DNA of 60,440 nucleotides from Candidatus Elulimicrobium sp. (GTDB taxonomy: Bacteria > Patescibacteriota > Minisyncoccia > Phycocordibacterales > UBA918). Where the stretch lies: positions 1-60,440 of the forward strand of contig DYNY01000006.1 of assembly GCA_020720815.1 (NCBI GenBank). Reading direction: 5' to 3'. The translations under genes and the position numbers were made by a program. The notes beneath the pieces were generated by a model, which worked only from the letters and a program-made list of their open reading frames with translations, was not told where the DNA came from and ran no database searches. Below, one piece after another: positions 37,517 to 47,132 of this stretch (position 1 is the first letter of the stretch; each line of letters opens with the position of its first letter).

Positions 37517-37540
37517 ATGCTCCTTACCAGGGCATTTTTT
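37517..37540 (+). terminator. terminator after rpsG
   Basis: ATGCTC-cttacca-GGGCAT-TTTTT. Confidence 0.5.
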
Positions 37541-37722
37541 GAAGCTCACCACTTAGTTACTAATATAATTATTTGTGTTCACTTAAAAAGTTTTCGACTT
37601 TTCGTCTTATTTCGTTTAGAAAATTTCAGCTACTTAGTAAGATTGAATCCTGGGGTTTATCTTTATAAAAAAGATAAACCCCGCGCTTGATGCGCGGGGT
37701 TGAGTTGATGGTCGGTCAGCGT

Positions 37723-38412
37723 CTAGCTGTGGGCGTCGGACACGTGGCAGGGTAACGGCCCCGGCTCGTTTGGCAACTGTCTCGGAATGATGTATAGGAC
37801 CTGACGCATTCCGTCCATTCTGTCGGTCAAGAACAAGATTTCGTTAATTGACATGACTTGTTTCGCCTGCTTGGCCTGTTGAAGCTTGGACTCAAGGTTT
37901 TGTTGTTCAAACATCAACATCTCTTGGCAACGATGCCAGACCAGGTCTTTCACCTGTTTTGTTTGACGTTGCAAGAAACTTCGACTGACGGTGTATTCAC
38001 TATCGGTCCCAATTTCAAAGATAACGCTATCTATAAGAAGTTCCACCAGTGCCGGTTTGATGTCACTCGGACTCAATTCAAAAGCCTTGGCCATCATTGG
38101 CTTAAGCAAGTCGAGCAGCTGTGTTTGTTGCTCGTGTACTCCAATCATTTCCGTTAGGTTGTCCTTGGTTTTTTTCATGTCGCTGAAGTTCAGTAACATG
38201 AGCAAAATGACAATGGCCAAAAAGGAAAGAATGAACCAGCCAAGGCTGATGAAAATGTCCAATACGGGTTTGCCATCTGACCGGAAAATCAGATAGGCGC
38301 TGACCCAAATAAGACCGCAAACAAACAATACGACGCCACCTCGGCGTAGAAGAAGATGCCAACCGAGGTCTTCGGCGTGCTTCTCCAATCGTTGATTGGT
38401 GTGGTTATTCAC
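37723..38412 (-). CDS. orphan two-TM membrane protein
   Basis: AGGAG SD before GTG; hairpin 37677-37701 after the stop. Confidence 0.65.
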   Translation of the reverse strand: MNNHTNQRLEKHAEDLGWHLLLRRGGVVLFVCGLIWVSAYLIFRSDGKPVLDIFISLGWFILSFLAIVILLMLLNFSDMKKTKDNLTEMIGVHEQQTQLLDLLKPMMAKAFELSPSDIKPALVELLIDSVIFEIGTDSEYTVSRSFLQRQTKQVKDLVWHRCQEMLMFEQQNLESKLQQAKQAKQVMSINEILFLTDRMDGMRQVLYIIPRQLPNEPGPLPCHVSDAHS

Positions 38413-38578
38413 TAACGTCTCCTAGAAGGTGAGGGGTTGTGGAAGATCTGATGATCTATTGAGTAAATTACAATAGTTTAGGATTTAGTCAATGTTTTTA
38501 CAATTAACGGGAAATTTAAATTTAAAACTATCCCGAGGAGGAGATACATCTAGTTTAAGTGACTGGTATACTAAAGCT

Positions 38579-39019
38579 ATGGAAAAACTACCCAAGAAAG
38601 AGAAAGTTGCTAAGCAAGAAAAAATGTCATTGGTGGAGCAACAGCGACAGGAAGCTTTTACGGCTGTCTTGGATAAATTAGCTGAACGTTTCCCAAGTGA
38701 ACTCAAGAAAAGTTTTGAATCACACGGCAAGAAGTATGCGCTCACTAGCCCTGAAGATTGTATGGTTGCGTTTGCTCAACAAAATCGCGAGGTGGTCGAG
38801 AGTCTTTATTCAGAAATAAAAGACCAATACGATTACCGCTCCGAACAAGCTATTGCTAAACTCTTTGCTTTGTTTATGGCTTATGAAAAAACCGTCGCTC
38901 TTTATGCTGAGCTGCGAAGTTATTATCCGACTGTGGCTGCTAGGGTTGAGGTGCAGTTGCCACCGCTTTCTCATATAGCCATTCATGGTATGAATACGTG
39001 GGATGAGATAAATAAATAA
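38579..39019 (+). CDS. hypothetical protein
   Basis: ATG 38579 a few nt after TGgTATACT; helical composition. Confidence 0.6.
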   Translation: MEKLPKKEKVAKQEKMSLVEQQRQEAFTAVLDKLAERFPSELKKSFESHGKKYALTSPEDCMVAFAQQNREVVESLYSEIKDQYDYRSEQAIAKLFALFMAYEKTVALYAELRSYYPTVAARVEVQLPPLSHIAIHGMNTWDEINK

Positions 39020-39044
39020 TATTAGTGGCCTAGTACTGTTAAGT

Positions 39045-40100
39045 ATGTCTTCTTTTGATTTTGATGCTGAAATTGTGGCGCATTTGGCGGTTGTGCGCTC
39101 GCTTCAGAAACCTTCCGGTGTTTTCACTGCTTCAGCTCATAATGTATTCACCGGTTATGATAAGGCTTGGCTACGTGACATTTACTTTATGACGCTTGGT
39201 TTTTTAGAGACAGGCGAATTGGAGACTGTACAAAAAGCAGCGAAAGCTTTACTGACTGTTTTTGTGAAACATAAAGATAAGATTAATTGGGCGATAGCTA
39301 ATAAACCACACGAAACTTGGCAATATATTCACGCCCGCTTTCATCCAGAAACCTTTGAGGAGTATTGGGAAGAATGGGGTAATAGTCAAAATGATGCTGT
39401 GGGAGAAGTATTAAATATTTTAGTCGAGTTAGAGCTTAGAGGTGCTAGTGTCATAGATACACCAGAAGAACGAGAAATGCTACAAAGTATTATTGATTAT
39501 TTGATAGCTTTGGAATATTGGCATGATCCCGATAACGGTATTTGGGAAGAGAACATGGAAGTTCATGCTTCTTCAGTCGGCTCATGTGTAGCATCGTTAA
39601 AGAAAGCACAACTTTTACCATGGCTTAAGGTAGCAACTGATGCGATAGTACTAGGTGAATCAGCGTTACATGAACTCTTGCCTCGCGAATCAAGAAATAA
39701 ATTTGCCGATCTCGCTTTACTATCCCTTATCTACCCGTTTGCAGTAACGACTGAAGAAGAGACGATGGAGATTTTGCATAATGTTGAGTATCACCTGACG
39801 CGCGATAAGGGCGTGATTCGTTATAAACTAGATCGGTACTATAATAATAATGAAGATGGCTATAGTGAAGAAGCCGAGTGGTGTTTTGGTCTATCTTGGC
39901 TGGCAATTATTTACGCTGAAAGAGGTGAAAAAGAGAAAGCTTACTACTATTTACGTCGAGCCAAAGCTACCGTGACACCAGCTGGTTTGGTGCCCGAACT
40001 ATATTATTCCCATACCGGTAGACCAAATGACAACACACCACTTGGGTGGGCCGAGAGTATGTATGTAGTAGCACTGAAGAAAGTACAAGATTTAGGGTAA
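39045..40100 (+). CDS. glycoside hydrolase family 15 / phosphorylase-kinase-like protein
   Basis: AWLRD, DNGIWEE, HASSVG, GVIRY, PELY, NTPLGWAES. Confidence 0.8.
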   Translation: MSSFDFDAEIVAHLAVVRSLQKPSGVFTASAHNVFTGYDKAWLRDIYFMTLGFLETGELETVQKAAKALLTVFVKHKDKINWAIANKPHETWQYIHARFHPETFEEYWEEWGNSQNDAVGEVLNILVELELRGASVIDTPEEREMLQSIIDYLIALEYWHDPDNGIWEENMEVHASSVGSCVASLKKAQLLPWLKVATDAIVLGESALHELLPRESRNKFADLALLSLIYPFAVTTEEETMEILHNVEYHLTRDKGVIRYKLDRYYNNNEDGYSEEAEWCFGLSWLAIIYAERGEKEKAYYYLRRAKATVTPAGLVPELYYSHTGRPNDNTPLGWAESMYVVALKKVQDLG

Positions 40101-40107
40101 GGTAGAG

Positions 40108-40154
40108 TAAAACCCTAGTCCGACAAAATTTGATTTTGTCGGACTAGGGTTTTA
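40108..40154 (+). terminator. terminator
   Basis: 22-bp perfect stem, 3-nt loop. Confidence 0.75.
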
Positions 40155-40182
40155 TGGTATCAATACCATATTAAACAAATTT

Positions 40183-41040
40183 ATGTCACAACAACCAGTT
40201 ATTTGTTTTTATCACAAGCATTGTGTGGACGGTACGGCCTCAGCGGGGGTGGTATTGAAAAAGTACCCGCACGCACAAACTTTTCCGCTCGGCTTTGATA
40301 CCATTAATGAAGATTTAGCTAAAGCGCTACCATACATTACCCGGGATAGTCTTATTGTCTATGTCGATAATGCAATGAACTTAGAACAAATAGCAATCCT
40401 GGGTAATGAGGTACTGGTAATTGACCATCATATTTCTGAGCGAGCTCGGGTAGAAGAAATAGCTAGAAACAATAAGAGGGTTACTTTTATTTTTGATTTA
40501 GAACAATCAGGTGCGACTTTGACTTGGCAGTATTTTTTTTCATCCGAAAAAATGCCACTTCTTTTATCTTATATCCGCGATATTGATATTTGGCGAAATG
40601 AATTATTACCAGAATCCACCTACGTTCATTTATTTTTATCTAGCTACCGCGATAAGCCGAAAGAAATAGAAGCCTTACTGTCTAGTGATTTAGGTGATTG
40701 TCTAGCGACTGGGAAAGTCTTGGCTGAATATGTCGAAAGAGAAGTGGTAAAATATACCGAACTCAAGCCGATTACGATTAAAGTTTCAGATTGGAAGGTG
40801 CCAGCTTACAATGTCACTGGCCACCAGTCAAAGGTTGGACACCTACTTTCTTTGGAGTTAAATGAGGCTGTTATTATGTATACTATTTCTGGTGATAGTA
40901 TACGCTGCTCCATTCGTTCCATAGCTGGTCAATCACCGACTGCTTTAGAGGTGGCAAAAGTATTGGGTGGCGGCGGTCACGAACATTCATCTGGAGCTGG
41001 AGTTGATAGAAACTACTTCCTTTCATTAGTCATTGACTAG
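40183..41040 (+). CDS. DHH/DHHA1 phosphoesterase
   Basis: YH..CVDG, YVD, IDHH, SIRS, GGGGH. Confidence 0.88.
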   Translation: MSQQPVICFYHKHCVDGTASAGVVLKKYPHAQTFPLGFDTINEDLAKALPYITRDSLIVYVDNAMNLEQIAILGNEVLVIDHHISERARVEEIARNNKRVTFIFDLEQSGATLTWQYFFSSEKMPLLLSYIRDIDIWRNELLPESTYVHLFLSSYRDKPKEIEALLSSDLGDCLATGKVLAEYVEREVVKYTELKPITIKVSDWKVPAYNVTGHQSKVGHLLSLELNEAVIMYTISGDSIRCSIRSIAGQSPTALEVAKVLGGGGHEHSSGAGVDRNYFLSLVID

Positions 41041-41058
41041 CTTTGCTATAATATAGCC

Positions 41059-41634
41059 ATGTTAAACAAAATATTGTATGTGTTTTTGGTTATTGCAGTT
41101 ATCACTGGGATAGCCCGTCTATTTATTAATAATTCAACTAGTGTTCCAGTAGAAGAAGTAGCTTGTACGATGGACGCTATGCGTTGTCTGGATGGTTCTT
41201 ATGTTGGTAGGACGGGAGAGAAGTGTGAGTTTGTTTGTCCAAAGTTACCTACCGTAGCGCCAGAAATACAAGTTAGTATTGATGATAGGGCGGATCTAAT
41301 AATGCTCAATAGTCCAGTGCCGGGTGGAATAGTTGAAAGTGGAGATATTATTTCTGGGCAAGCTCGCGGACAGTGGTTCTTTGAAGGTAGTTTTCCAGTA
41401 GTATTAACTAACTGGGACGGACTCATTATTGCTGAAGGGGTAATAGCTGCAAAGGGGGAGTGGATGACAACTGAATTTGTTCCATTTTCAGTTACTTTAA
41501 ATTTTGTTAATCCATACTCTGAAGGTAGTCCAGACTTTATGAAATCAGGTAGTATAATATTGCAGAAAGATAATCCGTCTGGACTACCAGAGCATGATGA
41601 CGCACTAGAAATCCCAATTCGTTTTGCCAAATAA
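41059..41634 (+). CDS. membrane-anchored Gmad2 Ig-like protein with Cys-rich motif
   Basis: CTMDAMRCLDGSYVGR..CEF..CP; GQARGQWFFEGSFPV; DNPSGLPE. Confidence 0.75.
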   Translation: MLNKILYVFLVIAVITGIARLFINNSTSVPVEEVACTMDAMRCLDGSYVGRTGEKCEFVCPKLPTVAPEIQVSIDDRADLIMLNSPVPGGIVESGDIISGQARGQWFFEGSFPVVLTNWDGLIIAEGVIAAKGEWMTTEFVPFSVTLNFVNPYSEGSPDFMKSGSIILQKDNPSGLPEHDDALEIPIRFAK

Positions 41635-41689
41635 CGTGGTTGTTTGTTACAATTAGGGCACGATATATTAGTCGATAAGTAATACATTT

Positions 41690-41758
41690 ATGGCCAAAGG
41701 AACCGATATGCGTAAAGAAAAAAAGAAGCCAAAGAAGGATAAGACAGAACTGAAGTAG
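41690..41758 (+). CDS. 22-aa basic peptide MAKGTDMRKEKKKPKKDKTELK
   Basis: ATG..TAG immediately followed by a 21-bp-stem terminator (41760-41802). Confidence 0.55.
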   Translation: MAKGTDMRKEKKKPKKDKTELK

Positions 41759-41839
41759 TCATAAAAACAGCCTATCCCTTTAAGGGATAGGCTGTTTTTA
41801 TGCTTGCGAATAAGAAAATATTGGAACATAATTTTAGCT

Positions 41840-42139
41840 ATGGATTTTATAAAAGACCACATTGCATACTTAAAAGATAATCCAAAAGGTTATTGGTTTA
41901 AGCGGAAGTTATATGGTTGGGGTTGGACTCCGGTACGAGTCGAAGGTTGGATAACTATAATCTTATATATTGCTGGGGTTATATATTTTGCCGTTAAAGC
42001 AGATAATATAACACCAAACACTTTACCGAGTCGTGAATATATTGTGCCGATCATTGTTCTCACCATCATTCTTTTATTCATTTGCTACGTGAAAGGAGAG
42101 AAACCAAAATGGCAATGGGGGACTACCAAAAGAAAATAA
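41840..42139 (+). CDS. small two-TM hypothetical protein
   Basis: WFKRKLYGWGWTP...GW motif; KGEKPKWQWG. Confidence 0.75.
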   Translation: MDFIKDHIAYLKDNPKGYWFKRKLYGWGWTPVRVEGWITIILYIAGVIYFAVKADNITPNTLPSREYIVPIIVLTIILLFICYVKGEKPKWQWGTTKRK

Positions 42140-42266
42140 TAAAAGGTGATAAATAAGATTACAAACACACAAAGGGCTTTCCTTATATATACTAAGGAAA
42201 GCCCTTGTATTAATGAGTCAAATTACCTCTTACATCTCAGTTAAAAATAGTGTATGTTACTGTCCT

Positions 42267-43745
42267 ATGTCACGTAGTGATGGAATAATTGTTTTTAAAG
42301 ATGTCTCGTACGAGTACGATGCTACCAGACCAATTTTAAAAGAGGCTAGTTTTGTAGTGCGTCGTGGAGCCAAAATTACTTTAATGGGACAAAATGGCGC
42401 AGGTAAAAGTACTATCTTTTCACTCATTACTCGTGATCGTTACCCTGATGAAGGTGATATTAATATTGAACCAAAAACCACTATAGCTATTTCGAGGCAA
42501 ATTATTCCCCGAGCTGAACTGGAGCTTTCTATCAGGGCTTTTTTTGAGCAGTGCTTTCCAGAGAAAGTTTATGATATTGATCCAAAGATTGATGAAGTAT
42601 TAGAAGTGGTAAATCTTACACCAACGGAAAAGCAACGGGAGACATTCAAGGACAGAATTATTGGCAGTTTTTCTGGTGGACAGCAGGCTCGTTTACTTTT
42701 GGCCCAGGCGTTAATTCAGAATCCTGACGTTTTGCTTTTAGACGAGCCGACTAACAATCTTGACGTTGCTGGTATTGCTCACTTAACTACTTTTCTTAAG
42801 GAATACTCTAAGACGGTGTTGGTTATTTCTCATGATGCTGATTTTTTAAATTCTTTTACCCACGGTGTTTTGTATTTAAACACTCAGAAAAGACAAGTAG
42901 AACAATATAATGGAAACTATCATACGGTAGTAAAAGACATAACAGCGCAAGTAGAAAAAGAGCAACGTGAAAACGCTCGCTTATCTAAAGAGATTCAAGC
43001 TAATAAAGAAAAGATTAACTATTTTGCTAGTAAGGGTGGAAAGATGCGCCTTGTGGCTAAACGAATGCGTGATGAGGTGGAAGAAGCTGAAGAAAATAAA
43101 GTGGATGTTCGACGCGAGGACAAGACTATCCGTCCATTCACCATTACGCCTCATGATGATGTTCCACTAGAAGTAGTCCGCCTGTCTTCTGTCACAGTAA
43201 TAAAAAACCACGACCCTAAAGAAATCTCATGTGAGGTGGTGCTTAAGCGTGGCCAACATTTACAAATAATAGGCCCAAATGGCATTGGTAAAACTACTCT
43301 GCTAGAGAAACTAGCCTCCGGTCACGCTAAGGGTGAACACGTTACACTAGGAGTAGCAATCGGTTATTATCGTCAAGACTTTTCCAACTTACAATTTGAT
43401 AAAACCGTTTTTGAAACGTTGATGGATTCAATGGAACGTAAGGTGGAAGAAGAGATGCGCGGAATTGCCGCCGGCTTCTTACTTTTTGGTGACGTAATGA
43501 AAACAAAAGTTGGTAATCTATCAGAAGGTCAGAAGGGTTTGGTGGCTTTTGCTAAATTGACGATGGAAAAACCGGGACTGCTAATTCTTGATGAACCGAC
43601 AAACCATATAAATTTCCGTCACATCCCAATTATTGCTAGTGCCCTTCATGAGTACAAAGGAGCGATGATTTTGGTTTCGCATGTGCCAGAATTCGTTTCC
43701 CAAATCCGCGTCGATGAGATACTTGATTTAGCTAAGCTTAAATGA
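42267..43745 (+). CDS. ABC-F family ATPase
   Basis: Two ABC domains (GQNGAGKST/FSGGQ/LLDEPTN; GPNGIGKTT/LSEGQ/ILDEPTN), no TM. Confidence 0.92.
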   Translation: MSRSDGIIVFKDVSYEYDATRPILKEASFVVRRGAKITLMGQNGAGKSTIFSLITRDRYPDEGDINIEPKTTIAISRQIIPRAELELSIRAFFEQCFPEKVYDIDPKIDEVLEVVNLTPTEKQRETFKDRIIGSFSGGQQARLLLAQALIQNPDVLLLDEPTNNLDVAGIAHLTTFLKEYSKTVLVISHDADFLNSFTHGVLYLNTQKRQVEQYNGNYHTVVKDITAQVEKEQRENARLSKEIQANKEKINYFASKGGKMRLVAKRMRDEVEEAEENKVDVRREDKTIRPFTITPHDDVPLEVVRLSSVTVIKNHDPKEISCEVVLKRGQHLQIIGPNGIGKTTLLEKLASGHAKGEHVTLGVAIGYYRQDFSNLQFDKTVFETLMDSMERKVEEEMRGIAAGFLLFGDVMKTKVGNLSEGQKGLVAFAKLTMEKPGLLILDEPTNHINFRHIPIIASALHEYKGAMILVSHVPEFVSQIRVDEILDLAKLK

Positions 43746-43875
43746 AGTAAGCTAACGAACGGTAGCGAATATAATTTTAATTAGTCATGACTTGCTCTTT
43801 CCTTGGGCAAGTCGCTGAAGCTGGAGTCCTAAAACTTACAACAAAATCTCCAACCTGACGGTTGTTGTTTTGCTT

Positions 43876-44126
43876 TCAATCACTCGCTAAAAGATTAATC
43901 GCTTCTTCAATTTTTCCGGCACGGTCTTTCCTGGGGAGACTTTCACAACGGTTTATATGACCTATTATGTATTGCTCACTAGCGCGCTACGAGCGGCTTT
44001 TATTTGGGTGATGAACTCTTTGCAGTTCTCAGTGTCAGACTCTGCCAGTAGATGACGTAGGGCATGAATTTGTCCCTCGGCTCGATTCAGTCTATTTATT
44101 ATATTTTTTTGTAGTTCTTTATCCAT
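43876..44126 (-). pseudogene. frameshifted CsoR/RcnR-family repressor
   Basis: RLNRAEGQI...C..FITQIKAARSAL; after a shift near 43981 it continues SEQYIIGHINRC...IEEAINLLASD*. Confidence 0.8.
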
Positions 44127-44170
44127 ACGTATATTATGCGTTTTGCTCAAAATGGTGCAATACGGTGCAC

Positions 44171-44203
44171 TTTACAATATACCCCCATAGGGTATATTGT
44201 AAA
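44171..44203. promoter_or_regulatory. CsoR-type operator
   Basis: TTTACAATATACCC-ccata-GGGTATATTGTAAA; C/G tracts flanked by AT-rich arms; weaker second site about 44281-44305. Confidence 0.75.
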
Positions 44204-44353
44204 CTCACAAATATAATGTTAGTAAAGTATTACAATTGAGGTAATACCAGCCACAATTTAGCAAATTTGCAAAGTCCGAAGTAACCCTTTTAGGGTATGG
44301 GGTACTTGCGGTATATTATGGTCCGTTCTGTAGAAGTTAATTAAAATATATAT

Positions 44354-44593
44354 ATGTTTGAATTGAAAGTTAGAGGACAAGTTGAGAAAGTTTTATTAAA
44401 GGATATCTTGGTACTCAGGCAAGCTTTTGTGTTAGCTAGCGTATTAATTATTATTGGTACGATATTAGGAATAAATATCCACCCTTACTTTTTTGTGTTA
44501 CCTCTTATTGTGAGTGGCGGTTTGATGTTTTCCGGGTTGGTTGGCTGGTGCCCTATGTCAGTGATCTTGAGTAAGTTGCCTTGCAATAAATAG
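44354..44593 (+). CDS. DUF2892/YgaP-like membrane protein
   Basis: GLMFSGLVGWCPM...LP.N. Confidence 0.8.
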   Translation: MFELKVRGQVEKVLLKDILVLRQAFVLASVLIIIGTILGINIHPYFFVLPLIVSGGLMFSGLVGWCPMSVILSKLPCNK

Positions 44594-44705
44594 TATTAAA
44601 TAACAAAACTAGACAGCCAGGCCGAATTGGTCTTTGTTATTGCTTAATCATCATAAGTCCTGTAACGTTTTAGCTATTATGTACCATTTATAAGTGAGTG
44701 GCATC

Positions 44706-45863
44706 ATGGAGTTTAAACGCACATTAAAGACAATAATCGCTGATTTTAAGACTGGTAACACAGCCAGTTTTGAGGAGCTTTATCACCTCTTTTTGCCAGC
44801 TATATTTGCGTTTGTCTCTCATCGTACTGTTACTCGTGAGGTGGCTAAAGATGTTACCCAAGATTCGTTTATTGAGGAAGAGGGCACTGTTACTGACTAC
44901 GATAATGCTACTAATGCCTCAAGTACCGGAGCGATTATTACTTTTTCTGCTAAAGCAGATGTATTTACTGATATTACGGTAGTGTAAGTAAAAGCTAATG
45001 ATCAAAGGCGTATCTTTACTATCGCTACCACTACTAAGGCTGGGGTAATAGCTGAAATTGCTAGTAATTATGATTTAGAATTGAGTGCAATTGAGGTCGC
45101 CTTGGATTTTGAGATTAAAAACAGGGCCAGTCGCCCAAGTGAGCGAGGAGTGGTGTTTGTAGATTCTACTGGGGAAGAAAGAATTAGTAAGGCAGTGAAT
45201 GTTCTCTTAGATGTTTTGGTGGAAGTAGATAATGAAAATGCCCGCAACGGTCTGCTAACAGCCTTGCTAGCTCAGATTGATAATGTTTCGGTTAAAGGTC
45301 GGGGTAATAGTCAGGGTAATGACTCTAAAATAGACGTGAGTACAGAAGAAAATATGGTTCGTATTGATGATGACAGAGTAGAAATTAATGACGATAGTTA
45401 TCACATCAAGATTGATAAGGATGAGAAAATTAAGGCAAAGAAAGGTGGCGATTTCCGCGATAAAGTTGATAACGGATATTATTCAACGGGTACTTCTACA
45501 GCAACTACCTCAACCAAAATTAAATTAGAAGTAGAGGCTGACGTTTATACTGATATAACCGAGGTTAGGGTGGAGTTAAATGGTACTAAGTCAAACTTTG
45601 TTACAATTGCAAAGACAAAAGATACTGTGGTACAGGAGGTGGCCGTGCTTTATATGGCGGAAGAATCTTTAGTACTGGAAGTATTGGACTTTGAAATCAA
45701 AGAAGGTTCTAGTCTTGGAGATGACCCTCAAAATATTGATGACGAATACAGTGACGATGACGAAGAAGAAGTTGATAGTGACCGTAGAGAAGACAAAAAA
45801 GATGGTGAAGGAGGTAGGGGTAATGATAAAGGTGAGGATGAAGAAGATGAGAGTGATGATTAA
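44706..45863 (+). pseudogene. ECF sigma factor N-terminus fused to a repeat-containing acidic protein, with one in-frame TAA
   Basis: FEELY..F...IFAFV..R...REVAKDVTQDSFI (sigma region 2) ends near 44873; the frame continues through TAA 44985-87 into the 45081 ORF. Confidence 0.7.
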
Positions 45864-45868
45864 TACTT

Positions 45869-45920
45869 AAGCTAAATAAGAAAAACCTAGTTGTAACACT
45901 AGGTTTTTCTTATTTAGCTT
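45869..45920. terminator. bidirectional terminator
   Basis: 23-bp perfect stem between convergent genes. Confidence 0.75.
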
Positions 45921-45937
45921 TCTTAGTATTTAATAAT

Positions 45938-46672
45938 TTAAATTGTCTCAAGTAGAATACTTAGATCAGCCAACGATACTTTCCCGTCATCATTTAAATC
46001 GCTCCGCTTTGCGTTTGAAATTAAATCACCAAGCAAAACGCTTACATCGGCAATCGACTGTTTACCATCATCGGAAAGATCAAAGTTTTTACCTAGACTA
46101 CCGCCCACTATGGTTATATCTTTAGTTGTTTCTAGAGGTACAATCTCTCCCTCTGATGAAACGTTTACGATTGTATCTAATGATGTCGCCAGTACTTCAT
46201 TCGTACCAAGACCATCATGACGTAGCATGCGACTATCTTTTAGTGAGATGTAGCTAACACCAGGTTGTTCTAAAAAGAAGGTGATCGTAATAAGGGGTGA
46301 ACTTCCGGTAAATCCACCAGGTTTGGTAGTGCCTCCTATAAAATGTAGTGTACCCTCTCCATTTATGTACCAAGGTTTTTCTGCCCATAAGTCAGCGGCT
46401 GATTCATTGTATGAAATTTTAGCGACGGAGAGTTTGGTGGAATCAAAATTAATTACTCCGGCAAATACATTGACAGGAGTTTCAGATTCTACTCCTAGAG
46501 TTACAGTCACACTCTCTCCTTTTGTGTTAATAAGGGTTTGTGGTGTGATGGTAAATCTAGCATGTTCACCACTAGTGGTTGAAGCGACATAACCACCGAG
46601 TGAAAAAATGGCCGCAATGATACTGGCAACTAATAATTTACTAAAGTGGAATGAAAACATATTTAGTGGCAC
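45938..46672 (-). CDS. secreted cohesin plus dockerin-like protein
   Basis: Signal peptide, beta-sandwich (VNVFAGVINFD, GGFTG), twin EF-hand-like DLSDDGKQSIADV / DLNDDGKVSLADL. Confidence 0.75.
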   Translation of the reverse strand: MPLNMFSFHFSKLLVASIIAAIFSLGGYVASTTSGEHARFTITPQTLINTKGESVTVTLGVESETPVNVFAGVINFDSTKLSVAKISYNESAADLWAEKPWYINGEGTLHFIGGTTKPGGFTGSSPLITITFFLEQPGVSYISLKDSRMLRHDGLGTNEVLATSLDTIVNVSSEGEIVPLETTKDITIVGGSLGKNFDLSDDGKQSIADVSVLLGDLISNAKRSDLNDDGKVSLADLSILLETI

Positions 46673-46729
46673 AAAAGGTGTCTCGCTACAAGTAGTATAG
46701 CATTAAGGACTTGAGCGAATGATAGTTCA

Positions 46730-47065
46730 TTAAAATTTCTTTCCGTCGACTTTCTTTAGGATTAGGTCATCAGTATTCAAGCCCTCAAGACAATTTAGAT
46801 TTATAGCTATCGTTTCACCACTTTGACCAAATGGCTGTACACCACAGATTTGGCAAAAGCGGTGGTCAATTTGTTTTTTATTAAATTGATAAGTGGTGAG
46901 TTTAGCTTCGCCGGAAAGTAGAGTAAATTGGCTTTTTGGGACAAACGCCAGTAAAAAGCCTTTGCGTTTGCAATGGCTACAGTTACAACTAAGAGCTTCC
47001 GCAAAATCACCCTCTACTTCAAACGTGACGGACCCACAGTGACAGCTACCTTTATGTGTTTTCAT
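46730..47065 (-). CDS. GFA/CENP-V family protein
   Basis: GSCHCG, CNCSHC, FCQICG. Confidence 0.92.
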   Translation of the reverse strand: MKTHKGSCHCGSVTFEVEGDFAEALSCNCSHCKRKGFLLAFVPKSQFTLLSGEAKLTTYQFNKKQIDHRFCQICGVQPFGQSGETIAINLNCLEGLNTDDLILKKVDGKKF

Positions 47066-47132
47066 ATGTTTATAACCATATCAAGTTTAGGGCTAGTTGC
47101 GTAATTTCGGCTTTGGTCCACATTAAGCTTTA

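Noticed and set aside
425-44987. Stop-codon reassignment suggested by in-frame stops
   Set aside because: The interrupting codons are of all three types (TAG, TAA, TGA), all three also end intact genes, and core genes have no internal stops.
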